Shown one piece after another: positions 39,459-53,236 of a DNA stretch of 64,000 nt. This DNA is from Phoronis australis (lineage: Eukaryota > Animalia > Phoronida). Made by a program: the position numbers and the translations under genes. Under the pieces are notes generated by a model, which worked only from the letters and a program-made list of their open reading frames with translations, did not search any database and was not told the origin of the DNA. Each line of letters opens with the position of its first letter. Position 1 is the stretch's first letter. Location: positions 137,294-201,293 of the forward strand of contig NMRA01000423.1 of NCBI GenBank assembly GCA_002633005.1, read 5' to 3'.

Positions 39459-39728
39459 GGTCGAATCGCTGCTGGTTCTGACGCCGATATAGTAATTTGG
39501 GACCCGAATGCGACCAGAACAATTTCAACTGCCAATCACCATCAAGCTGCGGATTTCAATATCTTCGAGGGAATGGAGTGTCATGGCAAACCGGTATGGG
39601 TCATTTCAAACGGCCATGTTGCAGTCGACAAAGGCGGTGTACACGCCATTCGAGGTGCAGGAAGATTTATCCCAATGAAATGTAACTCGGAGTTTGTGTA
39701 TGACTCCATCAATAAAATGGACGAACAG
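39459..39728 (+). CDS. DPYS: Dihydropyrimidinase exon
   Basis: GRIAAGSDADIVIWDPNATRTISTANHHQAADFNIFEGMECHG..GAGRFIP. Confidence 0.96.
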
Positions 39729-40008
39729 GTTGGTTGATAGCAAAACATTTATAGTCAAAGCTATCATGATTTACCAAAACAACTATGTTCAGGCAAATAG
39801 AATCATCTTACTGAGAAGATAAAGCAAACAACATTTATTGACATTCTCTGAGAACACATTGTGAAAAAATGCAAGTCGTTAGCGTAACGTCCTACAACTT
39901 CTAATGTTGTTTTCCGTGAAAACGATTTTTGGCTTAAACACTTTCGCACGCGAAGTTCGATGTTTTCATTGTGACATCCCATAATTTTTTCTTATTTTTT
40001 TCTTACAG

Positions 40009-40050
40009 AATCCCATCACACAGGCTGTTCGCAGAAACCAACACAATTAA
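40009..40050 (+). CDS. DPYS: Dihydropyrimidinase last coding exon
   Basis: Strong polypyrimidine tract plus acag; NPITQAVRRNQHN*; phase 0. Confidence 0.7.
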   Translation, partial: NPITQAVRRNQHN

Positions 40051-43000
40051 AAACTGACTTATGGTGCAAGGCGAGGACACCCATTAGTTTGAGACACGCA
40101 TTGTCAAGCTCAATCCATCAATGATTTTTGAACTATAGTACTTTCAAGGGTGTAGTCTTCACATTCACAAGTGTACCAGAGAATTCAGGAGGTCAACAGA
40201 ATTTGTGACATGATGTATGAACTCTTCTAATACGCCGTGTGCTACATGTTCATTCAATTTCTACAGCACAGCCATAGTGTGAAGCTGTTACAGTTTTGTA
40301 AATTAACATTTCGTTTTCATTTGATGCAACATATTTTTCATGAAAATCTGTCATATTTTAGGACCTTCCATGCAAAAGTTGAACATTTTGAACAACACTT
40401 TACAGAATAGTGTATAACTCGTAGTATTCGATCGTTTCACATAAATCGGATCAACCATTCCTGAAATATGTGTTCAGTCTGAAGTTAGGGTCCCAGATAG
40501 CTCAGCTTAATTAAACTCCACTACATAGAGCAACACAGGGCGGATTCACGATTTTTAGTCGGTGGGGGGGGGGGCAGGACAGAGTATTAGCCAGGATTTT
40601 CCCCATCAGACATTCGCACCCAAGAACAGCCAAATGGAATCTGGCCATGCAGCTCCTCTAAATCTGTCACTGTTACACGTAGCGAGTCCAGGCAGTAATT
40701 TCAAAAAAAAAATTAAGTTCACTTCAAAAACTGTTACATATATAGATCCCATTTTGCTAATACTATAGGCATTGTTTCGCGCTGAGCTGTTCCTTTTGTG
40801 GGTTTAGCTTTTGAATCTACGAAACCAGCCGAGGAAGTCAGTACATGTATCTGGCAAGCCGGCGTTCATCGGTATGAAAAGTGTCACACGAGCACCCGTT
40901 CATGTATCTAAGTGCTGAACCCCGACTGCTTCATCTTCACTAAAATTGCAGCCTTTCTTCCGTGGGGACTGCCAAGCACTTGGGTACAAGAAATAACACT
41001 TCATCTACGTTCCCTGCGCCAAGGTTGTATGTTTAGCGGAACACGAGATTTAATGTTCCTAGGAACTTGAGTCCTGCTAAATCATTATCATTGTGTCAGT
41101 TGGAAGTAAATACAGTATTTCTGTCCAACTGAACGTTTCAACTTGAACAATAAAATACGATCCAATACGGGTCGAATTCCAATATGGGTCTCGATAGCTG
41201 TAGTCCTTTAATGGAACACGAGAATAGTGTTCGCAGGAACTCGTCCTCTGCTTAACCTTATTAATGTCATAAGAAATATAGAGTACTTTGCAATCCATGT
41301 AAACATGGCTTTCTCTGGTTTCAAATGTTTTTGTGTAATTTTAGTGCAAATTAGAAATGAGTGAGAAATCAAAAATCAACATCAAGTGCTATTTTCACGT
41401 TTTGGTGGACGTTCTCTCCCATAATCGTCAGGCGAACGGCTGACATTGTCCACCAATAATATGGTTAAGTTACAGTAGGAAAGATACGACGTATATTTAA
41501 TACAAAAACACTGACACACATAACCTAACGACAGTTTAATCATTTTCCGTACATGATCCAACTAAACATTAAAACTCGATAACGAGGCCCTGATATTTCA
41601 GTGCTTCCCGTCCGTTGGGCAAGAAAAACTCCGAAGCGGTCGCGCGAACACTCGCCCCCACCCGACGCCTGATCCTTATTTCGTTCCCGTGACGAAAAAG
41701 CACCGGATATTTCGGTCGCAAAACTTCGATGCGCGGCCTTGGTATTTTACGCGCACCCGGCAGCCGCGTACGAGTCGACTTCGCGAGCAGCTGTCGTGTC
41801 CATTTACAAATTTCAAAAGCACGACCACTAGAGTAGAGCTACTCATTTATTCTTCCCGTGAAAAGTAGTTCTGTATTAGAGGTAAATGGCCAAGATCTCA
41901 ACCTTCATGCAGTGACACACGATACGTCCACTTTTTGTCATTTTTTGCAAAAATCGAACCAAGGCTCCGGCAGCTATCACTGTAGCCCCGTGGAGCTACA
42001 GGGATGAATAAGAGAATACGTATAGTGATGCCGTTTACATGTACATAACGCACTTTATATGCGCTAACTGCGAAGCGATACCGAAGATAGTTTACAGTGA
42101 AACAACACGTGTAGTTGAGATAAAAGGTCATATATATTATGACAAACTAAACTACTACAGATATCAGTAATTACAAAAGTTATATAACATGTTGAACTGT
42201 AAAGGTGGGTGACAATCTGCCAAGCACCAATGAAGGTATACACAAGTGGTGAATAGTAAGTTAAGAAACAATATGCGGAAGCATAACAGCAACACCGGGA
42301 CAGCGACATGTGAAATTGGAGCATAACAGGGAAAGAAAGAAAATTGGTTTGAGGGAGGGTGGGAAAGAGAAATTGAGTGAAAAATGAAAGTTGGAGCGAA
42401 TTGTGGACGATGGCCCAGTGTTGCGGCAAGACAAAGAGATCACGTGGTACAATTGAACCAATAATTGTAGAACAAAGAGGGTCACTTACCTGAGAATCCA
42501 AACAAAAAATATGATAATGAGGACGAAGCATTATAGCTTACATAAAATAATTTAATACTTAAATAGTTTTTATTCGGTAGAGCGATACGAACAAACGTTC
42601 ACAAGCTATGCAGTTACCCTAGCAATGTCAAGCGATAAATTGCGATACTGAACAAGCGGTTACCTGCAACAAAGACAAAAATGCAGTCTGAATATTCGGC
42701 AAGCAAGCGTAAACAACAAACACCATACAAAAGAACGCTAAAAAGACCTGAAACAATGACACTACATTAGAAGCCTAACGCATTTCAGCTACACCAACGA
42801 TACACATGCGCCTTGCGCACGTCAGATACAACGTGTGCCAATCACTTGCAATTATTTTTTAAAATAAAAAATGATACACACTGGGAACCATTACCACACA
42901 AACAACTGCCTAACTGCGACCCTTAACTATTTATCCCATGAACCGGGTATCGCGCAACATACATGTATACGCCAAACAAACAGCTGAATGAAAATACGAC

Positions 43001-43179
43001 TATATACGTTCAACAACAATTATGTACGCTCCAAACTTATCTAGTTAGGCAAACATGAAATACAACATGCCACCCTGAGTGTGGCATGGGCGGATACAGT
43101 GGGGGAGGGGCTGTTTAGAAGAGTACGGCGAATTAAGTATGAACATGGACGTTCAACATTAAAAGAAATACAAAAGGAT

Positions 43180-43625
43180 TTCCCCGCGCTTTTTAACTTC
43201 CTGAACTTTTTAAAAATTTGCTCGTCCATTTATTACATTTTCTCACTTTTTAAAAGATCTAACTCACCCTTTTTAAATTTCGTGACCCTTCGGATTTCCC
43301 AGCCTTTTTTGAAGTTTTGCCCCCCTTTTTATTAAATTTTACCTTTTAAATTTCTCTGCATTTTAATTAGATTTTGCGCCTTTTAAAAAAAAATCTCGCC
43401 ATTGATTTCCATGCCTTTTAAAGATTTTCCCCACGCTTCTTGTAAGAATTTTTCCCACCCTTTTTATATTTCCTCTCCCTCTTAAAATATTTCCCGATAT
43501 TTTTTAAATTTGCCACTTTTTTGAAGATTTTCGCACCCTTTTATTAGATTTTCCGTCCTCTTAAATATTTGCCCGTCCTTTTTGAAGATTTCTCCGCCTT
43601 TTTAAAGATTTTCCAAAATTCTCTC
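43180..43625. repeat. Degenerate ~21-bp satellite
   Basis: Recurrent cc.ttttt(a/g)aa(g)attt(t)cc units. Confidence 0.7.
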
Positions 43626-43744
43626 ACCCATTCCCTGAGCACTCTTTTAATGGCTGAAATTTCAAATTATCAATTTGCCACTTGAAAGTCCCACCATACC
43701 GAACAGCAGAAGTTCTAGGTATCAAACTGCATATAGACAAAAGA

Positions 43745-44730
43745 GCCTTAGTACATTCTCGTAAATCTCTACGTTCCATGTGATAGTACGACTACAGAAG
43801 AGGGGTGGATTAAGCTGTTGAAGCCTTTCCTTTGTATGGGACCCAAAGATATAATCTCAGGGGACTTCAACGCACGTAGTCCGTAATGGAAAGATACCAC
43901 CACCAATATTAATGGCAAGTCCTTGGAGAAAGCTTTACCCAATCTGGACTGCATCATCCTAAACAACGATTCACCTACCAGAGTAGCAGAATGAGATGGA
44001 GATTCTGATTCATGTGTTGACTCGACTCCTAAGGTAGTCCTTGAACTTGACTGGAAGTTTCTTCCCCTCATGGGCAGTGATCACAGACCAGCTCTTATTC
44101 ACATTAATAAAGCAGGGGACCCAGTCCCCTCAAAGAACCATCCTGGGTTCAAGTACAATACAAGGGGGAATCAGTCGTTCCGAGCACGGTGCGTAAAAGG
44201 CTGAAGGAGGTCAGAGCTTAGCGCAAAACCAATAATCCAAGGTGCAAACCTAAATGGTGGACGGAGGAAGTGGACAATGCCTGGAGTAGTAAGATGCAAA
44301 GGAGCAAAGAGTATACCTCAGCCAAGATGCAAGGGGGGTCGAAGGAAGAAATCTGTGAGCGACGCAAGGCCTTCGGCGATGCTGTTGCTAACTATCAGGC
44401 TGTTGCACGGAAAAACAAGCAGATGCTTTGGGATGATTTCTGTCAGTGTTCTGACCCCGGAGACCAATCACCAGCAAATTCTGAAATCTGGCTAAGGAAA
44501 TGAAAAGAATCTTAACCGGAGCAGGACCTGCACCTCAACTTATCCAGGGACTGACCGAATGGTAAGACGCTTGCTACAGACCAGGAAAAAGGCGAAGCCT
44601 TCCTTCTAAGATCCAGAAGCAACTGCAGCCAGATGGCCCTGACATTGTCCAGCAAGCATTACGCACAGTGAACCAGCATATGGAGGAGAATGATCAAAAC
44701 AATGAGCAACCAGTCTCACTTGAAGAACTA
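43745..44730 (+). mobile_element. LINE APE endonuclease relic (I/Nimb-like by inference)
   Basis: ILVNLYVP..ISGDFNARSP*W..NGKSL..ILNNDSPTR..SCVD..MGSDHRP..KPKWWTEEV, with in-frame stops. Confidence 0.85.
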
Positions 44731-47700
44731 GATGCAACCCTGGCACAAACACAGCAAAAGCTGATTGCCTGCTACTAGCTGTTTGCCTTCTGTATAAAAT
44801 CCTGTCCACACACAACTAGCCTACATGTACACTAGCCTATACTAGTGCAATTTACCGGCCACTCACTTTTAAGTGGACCGTCTACACACACAAATCCCAT
44901 AACTAGGGTAAGGCCGAAGTTGCACTACATGTATTATACGTGACAATGAACAGCTAATGCCAACAGGAGGCGCAAAAGCAGACGAGTCTGTATGTAACCT
45001 CTGCTGATAATTACTTCGCCTTGACCCAGGTTTGTGGCCATATACAGATATTAGAAGTGGCTCAAGTTACCCTAGAACAAATAACCATACCTCGATAAGG
45101 TGGAGTAAGTAGTCACAAGTGGGGTAAGTTACACTAGGATTTAAATAGCATCCACACAGCCTCCAAATCTAGCGACAACTCCAGGAGTAACTTGTTGTAG
45201 TAACTAACTCTGTGTATAGACAGCACTAAGTTACTATATATTACAGTAATGTATATGATAACTTCACATGGAAATAGAGGAACTTCCTATCAATTGAGCA
45301 CCTGACAGATTGACTAAACTAGCCAAAACAAAAGCAAAAAATACATCTAATAAACATTTATTTAATAATGTCACTGCTTGTACCAGGCAATTAACACTGA
45401 TCTCAATCTTATGCAATGCTTTTGCTTCACACAACAAATATATTATAACACAACAACAAGGAAGTCATTGACTAAGTCAAATAGTCACGTGATCTAGCAG
45501 AGTGAGATTGACAGTTTGTGACACTGCTGTCCCATGAAAGACACATCTCCAAACTAAGCTACAGAGATTCATACATTTAAATAACACTCTCAAACTTGAG
45601 CATAATGGTATGTACCACACTTATTATACTTGATTATCTACACAGTAGATAAATCAACACAATCTCATACATTTAAATAACACTCTCAAACTTGTGCCTA
45701 TGTAACACACTAAATGTACTTGGTATGTACTATTAAAATATTAAAAAGTCATTGCTTAGCACTATAAAATGGGCCAGTCACTTTTTGGCTCCTGCCACAA
45801 GTTTTGTCAAAAACCTTGCCATTCACAAGTTACAAAAGGTTCTTTGAGTAAAATTTAGTTTTTACTTAATATTCATATGACCTGCTGGTGGAGTGCCAAT
45901 GTATAGGACACCAGTTGAATCACAAATATCCTCTCCCCCAAAAAATTACGTTTCAATAAAAAAATTTCAGCACAAGAAACATACTTATTCACCCTAAATA
46001 ACTGTTTTGTGTTCTATGAGTTGCAACAGGCAGGACCATCAGCAGTTTATTCAGCATTAAAAAGCAGGTCATCTGAAATGGGTTTTCCCCAATTTCTCAG
46101 AAGGTCCATGACCAACGACAAGCGACTACATCTTATGACAAGTAAAACTGGTGTTATGATATGGCACGTTATTGTGGACATGGTTTGGAATAACGTTTCA
46201 TGTACATTACATTTATTTACTTCTAAATAGACTCTTCTATTCTTGATAGATTAATGAACTCCAAGAGATGTGAGCAAGTTACTTGGTTACTGCACTTGGG
46301 TGTAAAAAAGCTGAACAGACTCCCTAACCTGGGTGTCCATTGAGTCAGGGGTGTCCATTCGCACGCTCTGGACACCCTCTAAATGAAGGCCTGGGACAAA
46401 CTCGTTCCTAGGTGTGATGTATGTGTGTTGCAACCAGTGAGACATTTTCACTAAACAAAGAAAATCGATGCAAACTGAGTTACTCATGTAACCACAAGAA
46501 CAAAATGCACAACTATGCGCAGAAAACAATCAAACTGAGACTCACTAATTCCTCCAGGAAAAATGTCATGTAGAAGGTAGCATTGTTTTGCAGGCTAGAC
46601 TCGTGATTAAGTGGTTTGCTTGTAACATATGGCAATATCTAGCAACAAATTAATACGTGCTCTTGCTTTTCTCCTAAGAACCACACAATATGGAATGCAG
46701 CCAAGTTCATGCACTACATTTCAAGGTGTTCAACACTAACAGAGTCATTGAGCACGTATGATACTCAGCATACAAAAGTCACTAAGCCTGCTCCATGTCC
46801 CTGTACTGTATCATCAACTAGTCAGCACCATTGCAAATCCCCTTACAAAACGTATTACATACTGTTTGGTTTAAACCATTTCTTGAACAGAGTTTTGTTG
46901 TCGTAGTTATATTGGCGGGGTTACCCAAACAGTCCCAGCCAACAGAAGAAAACTTGATTTCATCTCTGACACGTAGGCTCAGAAAAAGATGCCCGAAAGA
47001 GATTTTTCAAGCCATACTGCACCGGCACCAGGAGAACAGTTGTACAAGGGTCAGAATAAACCACAATTCTGACAGTGACAAATGGATTAAGTCACTAATC
47101 CTAACTGTTCGTAACATTTGGCAATTTAAGGCATTGGTGTACTCGAGTGTGATGCTCATCATGAGTTGTATTATCCAGACCCACATCAGTAGCGGATCCA
47201 GGATTTTGAGTTGGGGGGGGCAGGGTGCAGGAATAACCAGAATTTCGGCACATGCACGTGCCCAGCCTAAAATGTAGGGATGCAGGGGACTCCAATTTTT
47301 GGGTTTGCGGACCTTATTACTAAAAAAAATGGTAAACGGGGTTTGGGCATTGTGCATTCGCCCCAGAGCATATGCTAGCAATTTGCACCCTCAACTGCCA
47401 AATAGTGGGGGAATGTTAGCGTAACTGCACGTGTCTCAGTAGTCACGGTAGACTTTAAAGTGCTTAAAACCCCCATTTACCTTGTTTTGATGAGTGACTA
47501 CTGCATACTACAAACGTAAATTTAATGTCCCAAAAACAAGAAAATAGAAGGAAAGTGACATCAGTTGAAAGTTTCTTAGTTCTACAGAGATGAGTGTCAC
47601 ATGTGAATGTACCCAGCGCCAGTGAGTCTTGTCCACCAACAAGCGAGTTTATTGCTCAAACTTGTGCCATATCTGCAATTGTCTGTTGTTCACAACATGA

Positions 47701-48164
47701 AAGTGAAAACGGACACAGCATGGTCAAATACCAAGCAGTCACAACCACTAAAAACACAGTGTCTTGACATTTCCACAAGAAATCAAGCAGCAACGTCTGA
47801 CGACTTTCACACTCAACGCGTTGAATGATGACCAGTGCTGTGGTTGGTTATACCGATTTTACAATGTATGCTTCGACCAATAAATGCTCATACCTCGAGA
47901 TCAGCTAATTAATATCGTCACATAATGTTTGCAGGCCTTCTAATTTGGCAGTTTTGTGGTCAACTGGTGGGGTTGCTTTTCTGTGTTCTTGGCACGAAAG
48001 TAATAATTTTTAGCACTTTAAATTATGGTCGGATCACAAGTGTTTACACTCAATCTCCTCTCAACACTTCGACATCGTCATCTTCAATCCAGTGTAAAGA
48101 AAGCGATGAGCATATTTCAAACAGATGTCCATACAGAAATCCTACAGTTTTGTTGGTAAATTAA

Positions 48165-50244
48165 GAGACAGTCCATATAAAAACCAGTAGATTTTCAAAA
48201 ATCAGTCTATACGTCAAAATTTAAAATAACTTCATTTTTTGTACATGAGTAGGTATCCTAACATAAATCCAAATGCCAAATTTTGTGCACTCAATGACTC
48301 CTAATTTCGCCGCTGGAGCATGATAACACAAATTGGCACAATTGGGCATATTAGCCGTCTCAAAAATCGCATGTTTTCAGCAACAAAAATGAGTAACATA
48401 CAAAATAGATCGAAAGCTATATTTTGGTGGCTGAAATAACCAACGTATACTGTACATAATTATGTGCCATTTATCAAAATCTGACAGTTTTGTGCTAGAC
48501 AGGGGAGATAATCCACAGACCACTTTTGGGGGCTAATTTTAGTGGCCATTTTTGTGACCTTCTCACTGCCATAAAACACCTTGTAGCCTTATGTGACGTT
48601 TTGAACGTACAGTTAAAGAGTTAGTCTTGATGACTGAGCAATAAAAAATCTTGCCTCAACTTTGCACCTTAGTGAAAATTGTCTTGCAAAACTGTCTATT
48701 TTCATAGTTTGGAAATGACGAACAGACTTTACAGACCATTTGAACAAACTTTTAGGCAAGAAGTCTGCTTTACATAGTCATAGAAACCAAGTCTAAACTC
48801 TTTCAAATGAAAACAAGATGTTTTCCGGATTTATTACGCGGCTAGTATCAAAACTGAACCCGATGACCTTTGCCCACCTTTGAGGGAGTCAGTTGAGGTT
48901 AAGCTTGAGGATATATAAAAAATGTACGTGTAACCCTCTTGTATTCTTTCATTTCTTTTACATTATCAGGTTAATTTAAACACCCTGTAGAAATTTTAAA
49001 TGGAAATACATGTAGATGCCTTTAAGATTAAACGAGAATGAATTGATAGTTGTAATGACTGGTTTTGAGAGAAGCAAGCGCATTTTAAAAAGACAAAATG
49101 GCGGACGATTTCGATGGGCCTTCATGTTCCTTTAGAGTTTATTCTGCAAAAAATCCGATCACAAAAGCTTTGTGCTTTAGTGAGTTATGTCAAAGACACC
49201 ACAGAACATTTGCGATACAGGAAACTACCTCCTAAAACAAGGCCTGTGCCAGAGTACGCACTCGTACTACCCAGATTCGGTGAATTTCTGACTGAACAGG
49301 ACCAGTCATGGAAGAGTCAGGTAATGCTGGATGTTACCACTCTGCTACTCTCCTCCTGAACGTAGCAGCCTTGTCAAATTCTACCGGCATTTCTGTTTCG
49401 AGATATGACTTAAGTAAAAGTCAGAATGGAAAGGATCTCTGTGATGGCAAGATCGCTCCACTCAAACAACATGCAAAGTACTTTGCAACCGAAGGTAACA
49501 ATATCATAAAGTTTCTGGATTTGAAAGAAGCATTACTTTCCACTGGCCATGTGAAGGGATGTTATGTGTATGCATGTTCAGTCAATGCAACAAAGTCTTT
49601 TCCAAAATACTCAGTTCCTGGTATAAGCACATTCAAAAATTCCCACTATTCCACCCAAGGAATTCGCGTNGAGCCCCCTATTGGCAGCAGAGGCAACTGA
49701 GAACATGCAAAAAGGACGAAGTGCATTTCGTGTAATGCTTCGTACGCATAAACTACATTAGAGGCAAGATTTTTTATTTTAGATTATAAACAGGTTAGGA
49801 ATGACTAAACAAATTATTATAAAGTCAATTTCAGAAAAGGTGCGTTATGGCTTCTACAGAGTGCCAAATTTGGCCGAAAATGGCTTCAGTCAAAACCTGA
49901 AAAATAGCCGTTTTTGCCTCACAAATTCAAAACGCACAAATTTAAAAATGGATTTTGAAAATTATGCCGTTGAATTATTCAGCCACTGCGCTTTCATTTC
50001 GTATTATTAATTTGTTTTGACCTTACCACACATGCTAGTAAAATGCATTCAAACAGGCCTACTTCAACGCCCAATTTTGTTGCAAAATGGAGGTACAGGT
50101 CATAAAAAGAAAAATAATGAATGAAAATTCTTAAAAAGTGAGGTTTTTCTACATCTCAACAAACCAAATTCATGTGCTAAGTTTCAAAAAAATCGGTGAT
50201 TTTGAGTATAGACTCTACCTGTTGGTTTTTATATGGAGTCACTC
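48165..50244 (+). mobile_element. Sola3-type DNA transposon (defective)
   Basis: TTAA|GAG...CTC|TTAA termini; inverted tccatataaaaacca at both ends; ORF 49308-49700 (SGNAGCYH..RYDLSKSQNGKDLCDGKIA) matches the Sola3-type SDNAGCYH..GKDxCD motifs as recalled. Confidence 0.75.
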
Positions 50245-50273
50245 TTAACTCTTGATCTATGACCTCCCGCCAG

Positions 50274-50458
50274 TCAAAGATTGGACTCCCCTTCATTGTT
50301 ATCTCCACGAGAGACGCCACTGTACTTTTGCCGCAACCGACGAATCGCTAGTCCTAGCAACAGCAAGAGGAAGAGAGCAGAGATGCTGCCAATAACGATG
50401 CCAACAATTTCCAGCGTGGTGAGATATGGCATGATGTAGCTACACTTGGACGTGTCAC
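50274..50458 (-). CDS. BACE1: BACE-like beta-secretase, last exon (TM and cytoplasmic tail)
   Basis: DTSKCSYIMPYLTTLEIVGIVIGSISALFLLLLLGLAIRRLRQKYSGVSRGDNNEGESNL*. Confidence 0.85.
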
Positions 50459-51139
50459 CTAGATAGACATTGAAGACAGAACAAACTTGATATTAACATG
50501 ATTATTCAATTAAGACGTATGCAAATATTATAGCATTTTACATAAAAGTTTAACTCCCCTAAGACGGAGGCATGTAACCTCAAGATTTCTGCTTGACTTG
50601 TACAAAGCTCCGCGTAACGGTTTTTTACATAATTAAGCCAGATTATGCCTCGCTTGCACAAAATTTCTAACACACGTTGGATCCAACTGATGCAAGTTTC
50701 ATTTCACAGAAAAATCAATTAAGAAAAAATTGAAATGAAATTGATATAGTTGTAAAAATTTCTAATTTACGGTATTTCTTAAAAAACTTAGACGTAGTAA
50801 AACTAGCCATGCAAGGTGAGACAAACATTTTCTGTGAAAAGAACATTTCTCTTGACGTGTAAATATTTCCAATAATGTATACCCTGTGATGACCAGTAAA
50901 AGTTTTGAACATGATCCCAATTTACACAAACAAATATTAGTTACAGTTTGTTCAATGTTATGTGCTTAAAACCACAAGACTAGTGAAAAATGCCAAAAAG
51001 AATTGAGTTCTGGACGGCTGGCTCCTTTGATCTATTCCATATTGTTTTTGATATTTGTTTTCACATGACACATTCTTTGCAGGTCATTATCCTGTGATGC
51101 AAATTCTGCATATTTTGACAAAAACTCATTGGAATATAC

Positions 51140-51286
51140 CTTGAGTAAAATTATGACCTCCACTGACAGAAGCCTTGTACTTTTGGTCTTTAGTTGGACA
51201 TGTGGACTGGCCAAAGCCAATGCGTCTTTTGGCACGGTCAAAGTGGACAAAAAAGCCCTCCATGATAACGGCGCCAATCACAGTAT
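51140..51286 (-). CDS. BACE1: BACE-like aspartic protease exon
   Basis: [30 protein letters not shown] (human BACE1: [30 protein letters not shown]). Confidence 0.95.
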
Positions 51287-51630
51287 CTTTGGAGAGAAGA
51301 CAGTCAATTATCAGGCACTGTGCATCAAACAAATGTAGTTCTTAAAATAATTATACAAAGAAATCAACAAGAATCAGTTAATCAGCACTTAAAAAAACAC
51401 AGACAGGAGGGATTATCTAGTTCACCTCTCTGAGTTAAGACAAAAAATTGAATGTTGCAACAGTTACAGTTTGATTCCCGTTTCTCCATCGCCCTTAGTG
51501 ACATAAGCAACATTCAAATTATGCAAATATGACAATTAAATGCCAGAACCAGTGTGCTCTGAGAAAACTATCTACCTTAACCAACATTTCGCCAATTGAA
51601 GCGTTTAAAAGTTTTAAAACGTGCACAAAC

Positions 51631-51715
51631 CACTATCAGAGCTCTCAATGGCGAAGTGATAGCACTCCTGATCAGGTGGCACGTCCGGACCATTGCCAAC
51701 AACACGGAGATATTG
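51631..51715 (-). CDS. BACE1: BACE-like aspartic protease exon
   Basis: QYLRVVGNGPDVPPDQECYHFAIESSDS; AG/GT flanks; absent from the ORF track. Confidence 0.92.
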
Positions 51716-52972
51716 CTGAAGGAGAAACAACAGTAGCAAGGGTCAATAAACGGGCACACTCCACTGAACTAGCACCACCACATAGTGGTAAATTACATCA
51801 GTCATATGGACTAAAACTTGTGTCAATCTAAGCAATAGTCAATAAATTCAAGTGTTATGCAACTAAACACTAATTATGACGTCTCCCCGTATGGATTTTT
51901 ACACGTCTTATTGTCCTACTTTAGCCATAATGAGGGGAGCAATCCTATTTGTTTTCACCATCACTAAAGTACAGATCCCTGGCTTTATTTAGCAAAATCA
52001 TGGTTCTTTTTACTACACGGAAAGTGACGTAAACGGCATGAGGCAACCCCTACGCTAAGATTTGAGGGTTTACCACCCCAACGCATCAGCCAGTTTAAGC
52101 CAGGTACTAATCGATTCCCAACTTAGTGTGCATGACTTTAGCCATGTTCTGAAGAAAAATATTCGTGAATTTCTGCATCCATTTTAAAAACTCGAACATT
52201 GTGAATGATGCGTATGCCTTCCTTAATGTTCATTTTTTGACTTTGAAGGTAGTGCGCTAAGCAGGCGCATTGGTTAAGACTGCAATTATCTCTTCAAATA
52301 CACATTCAGGCAAGCCCATGAATAGCAACAAGCTCACTTCAATCTGTGATGGCGCCATCAAGCCTTTGATGTGCCAAGGAATTCACTGGATACTCTGGGG
52401 TGAACAATGCACACTTCCTCAAGCACCTGAGTGAAAATCCCGTTAGCGTAAGAGTTGCCTAATGGGCCCAGCAAAAGGCCCCATTTTGATTGTGTTCACC
52501 TCCACAGCGAAAATATGAAAAAATTGGCACAGACTGCGCTCTGTAGCAAGTAGGACATTGCATTTGCTCAATCTACTACAGAGTTTGTTCCACAGAAAGA
52601 AGACACAGCAGAAATTTGGTCTTATGCTTCCACTTAACAATTTGTAAATTACGTGAGGTTTAGCCAAGTAATTAATACTCCTTACAGTCCCAAAATAATT
52701 CATATAACACGTCTCAGAAACTAGTAGCTACATGTACATTCTCAAGGTATTAGAAATAGTTGCCTGGAACTAAAACCCAATTTCTGACTTTTAGTCTTAA
52801 GTCACTTTTTCATGAAACAGAGATCCAGGAGCAGACGTGCTTTTATAGTGCTGGTTAATTGCTTTGACATGGAATCTCTCACTTTATGTTCAAGTCCGTA
52901 TGCCGTGGCGTGCGGCTCGCTTCAAACTGACTTACGTGTTGATTATTATATTTATTCAGTGCATGAACATAC

Positions 52973-53236
52973 CTGAGCAGTGATTTCCAGCCTTATGGAA
53001 GTCTTGTTGCCAGAGCCATCCTCTGCCAAACTGATGTAAATGATTGGAAAACCATAGAAAGGCGTGGAATTATCATTGAAACACATGAGTACCTTCCCAT
53101 GCCAGAAATCTTCAGGGATCTCCCTGTCCGACAGTCGAGTTTCCGATTTGATTTCTTCGACAAGTCTGGAGAACACTTCTTCTGGCAGACGCGTGATTGT
53201 TGACCCACTGTCCACAATAGACATGGCTGTGTTGTA
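52973..53236 (-). CDS. BACE1: BACE-like aspartic protease exon (second catalytic Asp)
   Basis: YNTAMSIVDSGSTITRLPEEVF..IPEDFWHGKVLMCF..FPIIYISL..IRLEITAQ. Confidence 0.95.

Noticed and set aside
42064-42531. 155-aa hydrophobic minus-strand ORF
   Set aside because: No recognisable domain or splice context; reverse complement of A-rich DNA
45569-45694. 30-bp direct repeat 96 bp apart (similar small duplications at 37910-37960 and 59219-59275)
   Set aside because: Ordinary local duplications with no further structure
52150-52620. Minus-strand fragments resembling Ty3/gypsy pol (LSKC, EFLG, EEIIAVLTNAP)
   Set aside because: Too degraded to support without a database search
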